Shown here: one piece after another, positions 1-10,512 of the stretch
Layout of the letters: each line of letters begins with the position of its first letter
Position numbering within the stretch: the first letter of the stretch is position 1
Assembly: GCA_977018835.1 (NCBI GenBank)
Contig: OZ361259.1
Span: 1,674,001 to 1,738,000, forward strand
Direction: 5' to 3'
Source: Minutocellus sp. GHC0000111
Taxonomy: Eukaryota
Length of the DNA stretch: 64,000 bases
The notes under the pieces: generated by a model
What the model was told of the DNA's origin: nothing
The model's input: the letters and a program-made list of their open reading frames with translations, nothing else
Databases searched by the model: none
Position numbers and translations under genes: made by a program

Positions 1-778
1 CGACGGCAGAGGCAGAACGCACTACGAGCTGTCCCCAAAGGACATGGACGACGACACCTACTCCTTCACCGACCGTCCGCACCGAATCGCCGGAACGATC
101 CCCACGAAACAATTCGTCAAGGACTTTGGCACCACGTTCAGCATCGAGTCAGGCGGCCGGCCCAACGGCGTCGTCACCTTCCGCCACGCCGACGCCAAAA
201 GCTTCGAGGGCCCGCTCATCTCGGTCTTTGTCGAGGCCGCCCGCCACAAGGACAGCGGCAAGTACGTCTACGAGCTGACGCAAAGCGAGGAGCAGGAGGA
301 GGTGAACGCTCTCCGGGACTTCTTCCGCGAGGAAGAGGGCGGAAGCAATGACCCCGATGGCGTCGGTGTCGTCGAGTACGAGATGTGCTCCATCTTCATT
401 GACGCCAGTAACGAATGCGATCCTGCCAACGTTGACTCCTGCAAGATGGGCAATTGTGTGTGGAAAGAGTATAAGAGCGACTGCGAAGCATGTCAGTGCT
501 ACGTTTCTGGATATGGAGAGAGCAAGGCGCCTCCTTACTTTTGCGAGAAGAGTGCAAGAACTGGGAACAAGGCGAAGTGTGTGGACAAGAGGCCTAACGG
601 TGACATTTGTCACATGAGCTGGCAGTGCAAAGGTGGGTATTGCAGGCAAGATGGCTTTTGCGCATCGCTCAAAGACAATGGATCTAAATGCAGTAAGTCC
701 GAAGAATGCTGGTCAAATTATTGTGCCTCAAGGGGAGGGAAGGAACCGAAATGCAGGTTGAAAATCGATCCGCGATGA
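1..778 (+). CDS. 5'-truncated (window edge) secreted protein with an FTDRP-motif domain and Cys-rich C-terminal modules; tandem copy A
   Basis: Open frame to TGA at 778. Nt 1-~511 match 2674-~3184 with one visible mismatch. The C-terminus has repeated C-x5-C-x4-C modules. Confidence 0.8.
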   Translation, partial: DGRGRTHYELSPKDMDDDTYSFTDRPHRIAGTIPTKQFVKDFGTTFSIESGGRPNGVVTFRHADAKSFEGPLISVFVEAARHKDSGKYVYELTQSEEQEEVNALRDFFREEEGGSNDPDGVGVVEYEMCSIFIDASNECDPANVDSCKMGNCVWKEYKSDCEACQCYVSGYGESKAPPYFCEKSARTGNKAKCVDKRPNGDICHMSWQCKGGYCRQDGFCASLKDNGSKCSKSEECWSNYCASRGGKEPKCRLKIDPR

Positions 779-2203
779 GGGCAGAAAAATGAATTAATGA
801 CGACGACGTTGAGCATTGTGCAAGGGTGGACATTATGAGAAAAGTGGCAAGAGCGCAAAGACAATGGATCTAACTAACAAATACGGTGCAAACGAGGAAT
901 GCAGATCAATGGTGTGTCTTTCAAAAAACAACATGCTGAAAACCTGGCAATGACACTTAGGACTCAATCAATTCATCGCATTGCAAAGAGTGAACGTTCT
1001 AACATTTCGGACTAGCACATTGCATTTTTCAGAAAACAGTAACAACTCCTTACATGTTAGAACACATGCGACAGAACAGCGTGCACACGAAAGAAAGCTA
1101 GTGCACTGTGCATGAGGTACAGAGGTGCGTCACGAAAAGGTAGAACAAGCAGGCTGGTCTGGCAGGTTGTTAACTACGTGTGCGTGCGCACGTGGCTGCT
1201 TAGTGGCCTCGCGCACCTCTAGCTAGGCACCTACGTAGCTAGGTAGGACACCACTTCACTCTTCTTAAATCCACAGTTACATGGTTTAATGCTCTAGATC
1301 CACTGTCTTAGAGAAAAATCAAAAGCCGGCCCGTCCATGCCGCAAAAAGTCGACAGTGGTCCACTAGATTTTGACCGAGAAGTCTAGTCAATGCCTTTGT
1401 CCGCCGTCAGAACTCATCTAGTGTTCCTGAACTTACTCCTATGCTCCAGGGCATGGAGGGCAAGAAGAGGGGCGCATGTCAGCCGAGTGATAAGCGAAAG
1501 AGAAAGAGAATTGGCACACTGTCCAGCAGAGAGCGCTGTGTGGAGGATGCCGGAGATGCGCATCTTGAGGCCAAAGAGACACGAAGGCAGACCGAACATT
1601 TCTTGTCAAAGAAGGCTGGAAAGAAGTCTATCTAATGTGTGCTTGTGGTGTGCCACCAGATAGTTGGAAGGAGGACCTAACAGAGGAGCTCTGAGCACAG
1701 CATGTTTCCTTTACGTGATTTGTCCCAAAATGTGATCCTGAGTTTTTCTCGGTGAGGCCAACATTTATGCCCCGAAATGTTGTGCGGCAGACTGCGAATC
1801 CATCAGACACTCTCTCACCAAAGCTCTGGGGTCAGCAGTCCTTCAGCGCCGTCGTTGCACCTGCGTGATGGGATAGGCAGGTTCACCCTACACACTTCTA
1901 CACATGGAAAGATTACCACCAAGACTTCTTCCGAGGCTTGACGAAGGTTCTACGTGCGTTGCTCTGCGCGCCTGTTGTCGCCTCCGGCACCCCGCCGGCA
2001 CCAGATGGCACCTTTACATAGTCCCCATGACCCCAAAATTGGGATCCTTCGAACCATCCAAAAATCACCAACGAGGATGTGACGTCAAATCACTCCCCCC
2101 AACCCCCCAAACCCCACCATGGGCGCCTTCACTTACCAATTGGTACTACGTAGTATTGCTCATCCAATCAAACCAGCCAGTTCAGATACGCTACTGCCGA
2201 ACA

Positions 2204-3474
2204 ATGGCAACCCGCGCCGTCGCAATTTTGTTATGCCTGCTCTGTTACGCGGCAGCTGCCCCACGCAGCAGCAGCGCGGTCTCCGACGGCGAGGAAGCGA
2301 CGCCGAGCCAAGTGATCCCTTGGCCGAGCCAGCCGAAGTCGACAACCTCGGCCGCGGTGCGACTTCCACTCGACGCGGCGGTCCGGTTCCATGAAGCCGC
2401 CGGCGGGGCCTTCCGAATCCTGAAGAAGGAACGGCGCCGCAGCAACTACAAGAAGGCGTCGGATCTGCCTGCGGCCGAGCAGCAGGACCGGGCGCTGTCG
2501 CCGTCAAATCTCCGTTTCCTCACCAGCGGCGACAACTCCTGCACCGACCAGCTCAACACGTGTCAGGTTGAACTCGACAATTGTCGGGAAGGCAAGGCGG
2601 CAGAAGCAGACGACAATGCCCCGTCCTACCTTTACGTGCAGATGGCCCAGACCTGCAAGCTGAAGCAGAAGACCGACGGCAGAGGCAGAACGCACTACGA
2701 GCTGTCCTCAAAGGACATGGACGACGACACCTACTCCTTCACCGACCGTCCGCACCGAATCGCCGGAACGATCCCCACGAAACAATTCGTCAAGGACTTT
2801 GGCACCACGTTCAGCATCGAGTCAGGCGGCCGGCCCAACGGCGTCGTCACCTTCCGCCACGCCGACGCCAAAAGCTTCGAGGGCCCGCTCATCTCGGTCT
2901 TTGTCGAGGCCGCCCGCCACAAGGACAGCGGCAAGTACGTCTACGAGCTGACGCAAAGCGAGGAGCAGGAGGAGGTGAACGCTCTCCGGGACTTCTTCCG
3001 CGAGGAAGAGGGCGGAAGCAATGACCCCGATGGCGTCGGTGTCGTCGAGTACGAGATGTGCTCCATCTTCATTGACGCCAGTAACGAATGCGATCCTGCC
3101 AACGTTGACTCCTGCAAGATGGGCAATTGTGTGTGGAAAGAGTATAAGAGCGACTGCGAAGCATGTCAGTGCTACGTTTCTGGACATGGGTCGAAACCCA
3201 ATAACAAACATGAGTTGAATGAGACGCCTCCTTGCTTTTGCGCGAGAAGAGTGCAAGAACTGGGAACAAGGCGAAGTGTGTGGACAAGAGGCCTAACGGT
3301 GACATTTGTCACATGAGCTGGCAGTGCAAAGGTGGGCATTGCAGGCAAGATGGCTTTTGCGCATCGCTCAAATCGGGCATTGATCGCTGTGGTGCAAACA
3401 TGGAATGCAGATCAATGCGTTGTTCTAATGGTTATTGCCAAGCTACTAAAGATTGGACGGACTGGCTCGACTGA
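2204..3474 (+). pseudogene. Tandem copy B of the secreted Cys-rich protein, frameshifted near 3241
   Basis: ATG 2204 is followed by a signal peptide (MATRAVAILLCLLCYAAA). Relative to copy A (TTTTGCGAGAAG) there is an extra CG (TTTTGCGCGAGAAG, 3241-3242), which moves the Cys-rich tail into ORF 3232-3474. Confidence 0.75.
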
Positions 3475-3768
3475 CGCACATGTGCATGTGTGAGAGGATT
3501 GTAGGCCACTAAAGTGAAGTGAATTTGTTCGCTACCCCATTCTACTTGTTCTGCATGTTTTGGTGGTTGTTACGATACATGAGTCTCACCCGTTCATTGG
3601 GGCCGGGTGGTTTTTGTTGATGTTGTGGGTTGCCTTCATTCGCTTGACAGTCTTCGCCGTCGGCGACGTTTCGGGGGGTCACTTTTGGGCTGTTGTTTTG
3701 GGGCCATACGATATCCGAGGAAGACAGATGACGGCTTCATCATTCCTCCCAACGATATCCCAGCCCAC

Positions 3769-4944
3769 ATGACAAATTCCACTTACAGCGGCAGCGCACG
3801 CTGTGATATGGCCCATGATCAGGCAGGCCAGCATCAAATGCATCAAGGCACGATACGACGTCGACGAGGGGCCCTCGCATGTTTCGTCGTCGGATGTTCT
3901 GTGCTCTACTTTCACTTTCCTTCCTCCTCGAATACGATGCGGAGGTCACTTGCCATGGAAAGCAAAACAGACGTATCAACCAAGAAACGCCCACTCTTGA
4001 AGCTTTTGGAAGGAGGAGGGCGCCTCGGTGATCAGCTTTTCATGTATGCCTCCCAACTTGGCCTGGCTAAGACACATGACATGGACTCTTGTATGGTCAA
4101 GACCGATCAACGTTTGACCATCGAGCAGATGTTTGTAGGACCAATCGAGTGGTGCGATGACGAAGAATACGACATCGAGTGGGTGGGTGGCTGGAGATCT
4201 GAGAAGGTCAGCCAGCTTCGACGCGTCGACGACGATGCGGATCTTGTCTATGGATTGAGTGGATACATGCACTCGCCTCGAAACTTTGTCGCGGCCAAGA
4301 CGCCCAGCGGAGACTTTGTCGACTACAGCGACCTACTGTATGAAAAGCTGACGTTGAAAACAGATGCAGAGTGGCAGGACGCGATACAAACGATAATGAA
4401 AGAGGGCGAACGCGACGAAGATGAATCCACTGAAGTAATAAAGGTTGGCATCCATGTTCGGCGAGGAGACAAGGTTGATGATCCCAAGTACACCGTGGCT
4501 GATGCCGACTACTATCGAAGGGTCATGGACTATTTCCGCAAGAAATACAACCGTGATTGCGAATCAAGCGGCGACACAGAGGATTGTAAAAGGGCTCGAG
4601 TCAAGTTTTACATTAGCACCGACACAATTTCCTGGATTGATGAAAACGACGAAACATTCGAGCATCCGGACGTCGTACTGTTATCGAATGCAGCCGAAAC
4701 AGAGGAGGAAGATAACGTGTGTGTCATGATCGACTTCGCAATGCTTACAAAATGCGATCACATTATCCTTTCGGGAGGAGGATTTGGTTTTTGGGCGGCC
4801 TATCTTGGTGCCAATCAGAATGGTGGGGAAGTGATCATCGGGTCAGCACAAGAGCATCTCAAAATGAGAACATCTAGCCTTGAGGAGTGGACCAACATTG
4901 ACAAAGTAGACTTCGATGCAGAGAACATTGCGGCTGTTAAATAA
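3769..4944 (+). CDS. Glycosyltransferase family 11 (alpha-1,2-fucosyltransferase-like), type II membrane protein
   Basis: GT11 motifs GRLGDQLFMYA, VGIHVRRGD and DFAMLTKCDHIILSGGGFGFWAAYL, plus an N-terminal TM segment. Start codon uncertain (3769 or 3808). Confidence 0.9.
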   Translation: MTNSTYSGSARCDMAHDQAGQHQMHQGTIRRRRGALACFVVGCSVLYFHFPSSSNTMRRSLAMESKTDVSTKKRPLLKLLEGGGRLGDQLFMYASQLGLAKTHDMDSCMVKTDQRLTIEQMFVGPIEWCDDEEYDIEWVGGWRSEKVSQLRRVDDDADLVYGLSGYMHSPRNFVAAKTPSGDFVDYSDLLYEKLTLKTDAEWQDAIQTIMKEGERDEDESTEVIKVGIHVRRGDKVDDPKYTVADADYYRRVMDYFRKKYNRDCESSGDTEDCKRARVKFYISTDTISWIDENDETFEHPDVVLLSNAAETEEEDNVCVMIDFAMLTKCDHIILSGGGFGFWAAYLGANQNGGEVIIGSAQEHLKMRTSSLEEWTNIDKVDFDAENIAAVK

Positions 4945-5006
4945 CATGTATCTCTAAATTTACTGTTGCGCTTATTTATTCTCACGATTGTAAATCACTC
5001 TTCCAA

Positions 5007-5265
5007 CTACCCACAAGTGCCGTCATGTCGGCACTTTCTCCCGGCGGGGCACTGGCTAGAGTAGCGGCACATGCTCGACGTTGTCTGGGTCATGAGGTTA
5101 GACGTCGTGCCAAGTCCAGCATCTAGAATCACATTGGGTTCAGCTCGTCGGGTCATCTTCTCCTTGATCTTGGCCGGTCCCTGCTTCTTATTGCCGGGAT
5201 ATTCGCGAGATGTTTCGCTAAGGAAGAGGGTTGCCACGCCGGCGACCATGCCAGCGGCGGTGGAG
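5007..5265 (-). pseudogene. 3' fragment of the subtilisin-like S8 protease gene (STAAGMVAGVATLFL...CRHDGTCG*), separated from the 5' part by the 7.1-kb insertion
   Basis: Translation continues the S8 catalytic helix (consensus GTSMAxPHVAGVAAL) and joins in frame to 12370+ across the duplicated TGGAG. Confidence 0.88.
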
Positions 5266-5313
5266 AGTGATCATTACAGTCTAAGCTACTACTTTAAAGT
5301 GCCTACAATTGGA

Positions 5314-6680
5314 TTACTCAACATGCACTGAAAAATCGTTGTCCTTGACAGTAAATGCTCGAGCAGCTGCTTCTTCGTTTCTCAAGTGGTTGTGTGCGCA
5401 GGTGTACCAAATGGAGCGAACTGAACTGAAAATGTCGTCGCCCTTTTCATTCTTGTACTTTGTCAGTGCATCGTGCCTTCTTTTGTCCAGGGTTCGATTT
5501 GTGTGCAAACTGATTGTCGTTGGCCACCATTTAGTTCGGAGCCAGTCGTACCCTTCAACTAGCTTCTTCTGGTTGTCTGTGCGACTTGCGACCTCCACCT
5601 CCAGCACCGCCAAGACGTCATCCACGAATCCAATGGCCGTGGCCTCGTCGTCTCGATCGTTCTGCTCCTCCTCCGTCAAGTCTCGCTTGAAGTGGCCGAG
5701 AAAGGTGGCGTTCTTCAGTGCAGACAGGTAGTTCATCTGCCTTCCGGCTTGGTGTGCTTGCTTCACAAAAGCAGCGGCCAGGTACAGCAGGACGTGCCTT
5801 GGGGTGGATCCATCAGCCACTGTTCCGTCGTCGTTTCGATAGTACTCTCGACCCTGAGTCTGCTGTGTCGACACCCCTCCGGAGCGATTGGCCCCCCAGC
5901 AGCCGGCTGGACTCTCGGGTCGTCCAGGAACTGATCAATGTGGGGGGCGGTGGGTCTGAGCAGGGCCCGGATGGTCTCCACAAACTTGTGCCGGTGGCGG
6001 TAGACGATTGCCGTCATGGGCAAAGCGCCCTCGCCAGTGCCGTCGTCGTCGCCGCCGTCATCGTCGTCGTCACCCCAGAGGAAAGCATCTTCCTCGGCCT
6101 GCCGCTGATCCTTGATGGCCAGGCCCTCCTGCGTCGGCTCCACAGAGAGGCCGGCCCTGCTGCTGCGCTGCATGGCCGCAAATGACGCGTAGGCCGTGCC
6201 GTCCTGGCCGGGAAAAGACGGGAGGAACATTGCCGTTTGCTCGGCCTCCACCACCTCCGACCATGCATCTATGAAGCTGCTTTCTATGGCCTCGAGAGCT
6301 GTAGCCCCCCCTGCCCTCTCTTGCACCATTTCGAGGAACTCTTCATGGGAGACCCCCAGGGCCACGGCGGCGTCGGCCAGCTCGTCGACCAGTTTCCCAA
6401 ACCACTGGTCCGGAGCTCCGGGTTCATCGATGGCCCTCTGGATCTGCTCCTGGACAAGCGCGCTCGCCGCTCGCACGGCGATGCTCTCTGGAGGGGCTGG
6501 CACGTCCGAGAGTTGCGGTGGGACAGGCGCCGTGGGCACGTCTACACCCAGCTCTTGAAGCCGCTGGCGAGCTGTGGCTGCGGTGGCCAGTGCGCGGGCT
6601 ACATCGTTGGGATCATATGTTGGTGGGTCTCCCGCACCTCCGCCTTGCGTCCCGGCGGGATCGGCTCGTTCGTCACTCAT
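5314..6680 (-). CDS. Element ORF1, unknown protein; probably one gene with a frameshift at about 5875-5930
   Basis: Overlapping ORFs 5763-6734 (ATG at 6680, MSDERAD) and 5314-5874. The second frame is open up to ~5930 and the overlap contains a C6/G6 run (5892-5897). Confidence 0.6.
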
Positions 6681-6786
6681 GGCGACGGCCCAGATATGAA
6701 TGGCCGTAAGCTCCCCCCCATATTTTCCCCGCATTTCAAGTTTGCTTTCCCCCTCATTCCTACTTTTGCTTCATTATTTGACTGTT

Positions 6787-8214
6787 ATGGTATCCACCGC
6801 CGCCGAACCCACGAGCAACGGCCGCCGCAGCTTGCGCAGCAGCAGTAATAAGGAAAAGAAGAAGCCCGATGGCTGCCTAACTGGCAAGGTTGAGTACCTC
6901 CATGCGCCTGCTCCCCACGCCATCATCACCGAGAACAATCGCAAGAGACGAGAGACTGAGGCGGCCAAGATGGCGGCCGAGGAGCAGATGCAGCAGCAGA
7001 AGCGCACGCGCATGTCGGAGGTGACGGCGGCGACGGCCGATGCGTCAGTATCCAGCAGCGGAGGCGATACTGAGGGCGGTAATACCAATGGGATGCAGAT
7101 GGATGATGATGATGCAGAAACCACCATGGCGGAGGTCGCCACCACCACCACCAACAATAACAACAACAACAACAACACGGAACCGGCTGATACGGCAACG
7201 GACGGCGCCAACGAGCCTTCCGACGGAGAGGACGGAGATGCCAATGGCGTGCCCGGGACGATATCCGTCGTCGGCCCGGACCAGGCCAACGCTGTCGGCC
7301 GCAGCAATGGTGCCGGTGCTGGTGCCAATCTCAGTGATGCGGCCGTCGGTGGCAGCACCAGCCATGGGGACGGGGCCGAAGACCAGCCTGCGGATGGGGC
7401 GGGCGGGACGGGCGAGATGAACGTCGTTGACCCGCTTGTCGGCATTATGCGGTCGTACTGTGCTTTGAAAGGGATTGGCGTCGACAAGGCCGAGCTGATG
7501 GCAATTGCCGCCCTTAGAGCTGCCACGGGTGAAGCGGAAGTTACCGGTGGCGGTGATGGCGGTTGTATCGGTGGTGCCGCCGATGTGGGCCGCCTCACTA
7601 TCCCCCCCGCCAATGGCGGCGGGGGACAGCCTACGGAGGAGCAGATGGCCTTTGTTCGGACGTCCGTTGGGTTGGCCGATGCATCGGATGCATCGCCGGA
7701 AGTGCTGCTGAATGCGGTGGTCCCTTTGTGCTGCTCCCTGGCCATGGACTGTTACCTCCTGGGAAAGGAGCTGGGTGCTTCCAGTCGGGCAGGGATTATG
7801 GCGGCCGAGGCGCTGTCCCAGGAGAAGGGGAAGGGAGTGGGGCTTGGAAAGGCCAATGCCGAGCTTGCAGCCAAATGCAATGGGCTCGAGGCAGACGTAA
7901 CGGAGCTAAGCCAGAAGCTAGAGACTTTGAATGTGGAGGAGGAGGAGGAGGAGGAGTGGGAATTCATAGCTCACGATGGTGATGAGCGATACCATTGGGT
8001 GCCTTGTCTGTTGAGCGGAGACCTGGATCGTGGCCACAACCGTCTGCTCAACTCAATCTGTGACAATCTCAGTTTGCCCAGGACTGGTAGAATGGAGGAC
8101 AAAGTCCATCGCCTGCGCTCATACGTTGGGGAGAAGGCAGCTGAAGCCCGTTGGGTCAGCGATGACGGCGATGACAGCGATGGTGCAGAGGAGGAGGCAA
8201 TGGACGAGGAGTAA
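6787..8214 (+). CDS. Element ORF2: low-complexity N-terminus, coiled coil and C-terminal SAP-like motif
   Basis: ATG 6787, basic NLS-like patches, poly-N/T and poly-E tracts. LLNSICDNLSLPRTGRMEDKVHRLRSY resembles the SAP consensus (L...C...GL...G.K..L..RL). Confidence 0.65.
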   Translation: MVSTAAEPTSNGRRSLRSSSNKEKKKPDGCLTGKVEYLHAPAPHAIITENNRKRRETEAAKMAAEEQMQQQKRTRMSEVTAATADASVSSSGGDTEGGNTNGMQMDDDDAETTMAEVATTTTNNNNNNNNTEPADTATDGANEPSDGEDGDANGVPGTISVVGPDQANAVGRSNGAGAGANLSDAAVGGSTSHGDGAEDQPADGAGGTGEMNVVDPLVGIMRSYCALKGIGVDKAELMAIAALRAATGEAEVTGGGDGGCIGGAADVGRLTIPPANGGGGQPTEEQMAFVRTSVGLADASDASPEVLLNAVVPLCCSLAMDCYLLGKELGASSRAGIMAAEALSQEKGKGVGLGKANAELAAKCNGLEADVTELSQKLETLNVEEEEEEEWEFIAHDGDERYHWVPCLLSGDLDRGHNRLLNSICDNLSLPRTGRMEDKVHRLRSYVGEKAAEARWVSDDGDDSDGAEEEAMDEE

Positions 8215-8332
8215 AATGTAGCAAGTCAATGTCTGTCGGACGGAAAGTGAAGAGGTAGAAGTAGATCTAGAGATAGCAGTAGAGTCGGATGGTAGATAAT
8301 TTAGTTTAGGGGATCATTCATTCTAGAAACAT

Positions 8333-10072
8333 TTATTCCTGATCAGATGCTTTTCGAGCCTCCCTCAGCTTTGCCCTTGTAACACGAACGCCCTCATCAA
8401 ATTCATATTGCAATATTTCCTGCATGTCGCTATAAAATTGCGACAGGCATCCCTCGTGGTCCTCTACCTTGCCCTTGCGATATCTGTTGACAAAAGGATC
8501 AACAATCCAATCGAACTGGCCACCGTGCCGGTGGCTAAAGGCCTGCAATGTCCTAGCGCCGTCCTCCAAATACTTGTTTAAGTATTGGCCGATAGAAGCC
8601 ACCGTTTCATTTACCCCTCCTCTATTTTCGGGAAATACGCAGGAATCGAGCTGGGCCTCGAAGTTCCCACCACCGTCACAAGCTGCAACCGCTACGCCAA
8701 ACGCTTTCACGTGAGAATTTGGCCCCGAATAATACAAACCAAGTCCAACTTTCTTATTGCCCATTTGATGAAACGATCGAAGGGCCACTTCATCCGTTGG
8801 CATCACTCCACCGTACATGCCCTCCACGATGGCACAAAGAGAGAAAAGAGCCATGGCTCTTTGATTCTCGTTGCTGGTACCGCGAAATACGTCAGTCGCG
8901 AAGGCATCAACATATTCCTTGACGGTATTCGACATGAGAGACATTCCTCTGTACGTGAGGTATTGCTTCGGAGTCCAAAGACCCAAATCGATGGCGCGGT
9001 TGTACACTATCTCTGCATCTTCATCGCGCATTGTGTGCGTAGGAAGGACAGTAACGATAGTGCTGAAAAAAGCGGTATTTGAAAGCATAATCTCCGCCTC
9101 CGCCGCGGACTTTGCCTTGGAAATAAGATGGTTTCGAATTCTCATTCTTCTGGACACCTCATCCTCCGAAAGATACGGAGTTGGCTTGGTAGCGTTTTCG
9201 ATGCAGAAGGACGCATCGTCGAGATGCTCCAGAAACACATTCCAGAGCATCCAAAACATTCTCGGCGTATGCATGTATCGCATAACGATATCCGCGCCTC
9301 CCATGGCAGGATCACGTCTAATGTAACACAGGAATTTGTTGAGCGATTCCAACCGACCACCTTTCATCAACACTACCGACCGTGCCTCCTCATCGGATCC
9401 GTTGAGAATGCTATCCAATTCTGACTGGCTCCATTCACTCTTCTTTTTTGTAGATACGCGCGCATTGTACAATTGCTCCCGATAAGACGTGAGTAGATAC
9501 GGCTCGCCATTTCGTATCTCGTCCTTCTTTTTCATCTCATGGGGAACCAAGTGAGTTGCCACTTTGTGCTTTGCAAAGCAAACCAGCAAATTTCCGAGAG
9601 TATCAGGATTGTTCTTGCATGCTCTATCAATCCAACGAAGATGGCTGTTGTTGATGATATCGCCCGCTCTTATCCGCTCGTCGCTCCGTATCGGTACCAT
9701 TGCATCACACATGTTCGGGGGCAGCACATACTCCAACTCTTTGAACAGGTTGTTCTTGCCTGCCTGCCAGTAATGCGTTACAAATACATTGTAAGCGATG
9801 GCTCGGCCGGACCGGACAGAGTGCTTCACCGCACCTTTGTTCCAGGCAAAGGATGGCTTGGATATGATAATGCCAGCTGCTTTGCTCTTGGCTCCATCGT
9901 TGAGCATCTCGATTGTTGGTTGACGCTCGCGCTGGACATAAGCCGACTGATTGGCGCCGCTTCTCTTTGGCTGGTTGTGCCGCTTGCTACTTGGGACACG
10001 CTGCCGACCGGGCCCTTTGGGTCCTTTCGCAGGGCGACCACGGCTGCGCGCCTTTGGCTTTTGAGTATCCAT
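8333..10072 (-). CDS. Element ORF3: basic N-terminus plus divergent HhH-GPD (endonuclease III/Nth-like) DNA glycosylase fold
   Basis: FFSTIVTVLP...TPKQY...RAMALFSLCAIVEGMYGGVMPTDEVALRSFHQMGNKKVGL...PNSHV...VNETVASIGQ follows Nth motifs in order. The open frame extends to 10210, so the start is uncertain. Confidence 0.7.
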   Translation of the reverse strand: MDTQKPKARSRGRPAKGPKGPGRQRVPSSKRHNQPKRSGANQSAYVQRERQPTIEMLNDGAKSKAAGIIISKPSFAWNKGAVKHSVRSGRAIAYNVFVTHYWQAGKNNLFKELEYVLPPNMCDAMVPIRSDERIRAGDIINNSHLRWIDRACKNNPDTLGNLLVCFAKHKVATHLVPHEMKKKDEIRNGEPYLLTSYREQLYNARVSTKKKSEWSQSELDSILNGSDEEARSVVLMKGGRLESLNKFLCYIRRDPAMGGADIVMRYMHTPRMFWMLWNVFLEHLDDASFCIENATKPTPYLSEDEVSRRMRIRNHLISKAKSAAEAEIMLSNTAFFSTIVTVLPTHTMRDEDAEIVYNRAIDLGLWTPKQYLTYRGMSLMSNTVKEYVDAFATDVFRGTSNENQRAMALFSLCAIVEGMYGGVMPTDEVALRSFHQMGNKKVGLGLYYSGPNSHVKAFGVAVAACDGGGNFEAQLDSCVFPENRGGVNETVASIGQYLNKYLEDGARTLQAFSHRHGGQFDWIVDPFVNRYRKGKVEDHEGCLSQFYSDMQEILQYEFDEGVRVTRAKLREARKASDQE

Positions 10073-10512
10073 GGCTGCAAAGCGATATGTTTGCGATCGG
10101 CCGCCAGCAAATGCAAGCATGGAAAAGACAAAATGTGATTTTTCGTTGGATTTTTCGATTGTTTTTTCGACCAGGGGGAGGCTGATTTGATTTATTTTTA
10201 ATTTCATCACATGAAAAGATACAGATACAATACCTACCTTCCCATCTTTCTCACATCATGTACTTTCAGCATAAATATCAATATTTCTTAGAAAGGACCC
10301 CAAACCGTCAAAAACAGAGCTTTGCTTCTTCTCGCGCGGCATGTCGCGTGCCTTTTGGAGGGAAAACGGGGGTCTCCTCCTTTAAATTCCCCCTTATATT
10401 CTGAGACAAATGGGTTATGAGTCAGTCATGCATTCATCTCACATGTTGCGTTGCCGGCACCGGAGGAGCGGTTGTACTGGGCCGGAGTTGCTGAAAAGGA
10501 GGAGGGAACATC

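Noticed and set aside
1080..2060. Possible MITE or TE remnant between the tandem genes (short inverted AGAGGTGCG/CGCACCTCT)
   Set aside because: Only a 9-bp inverted match, with no definable TIR/TSD or coding motif.
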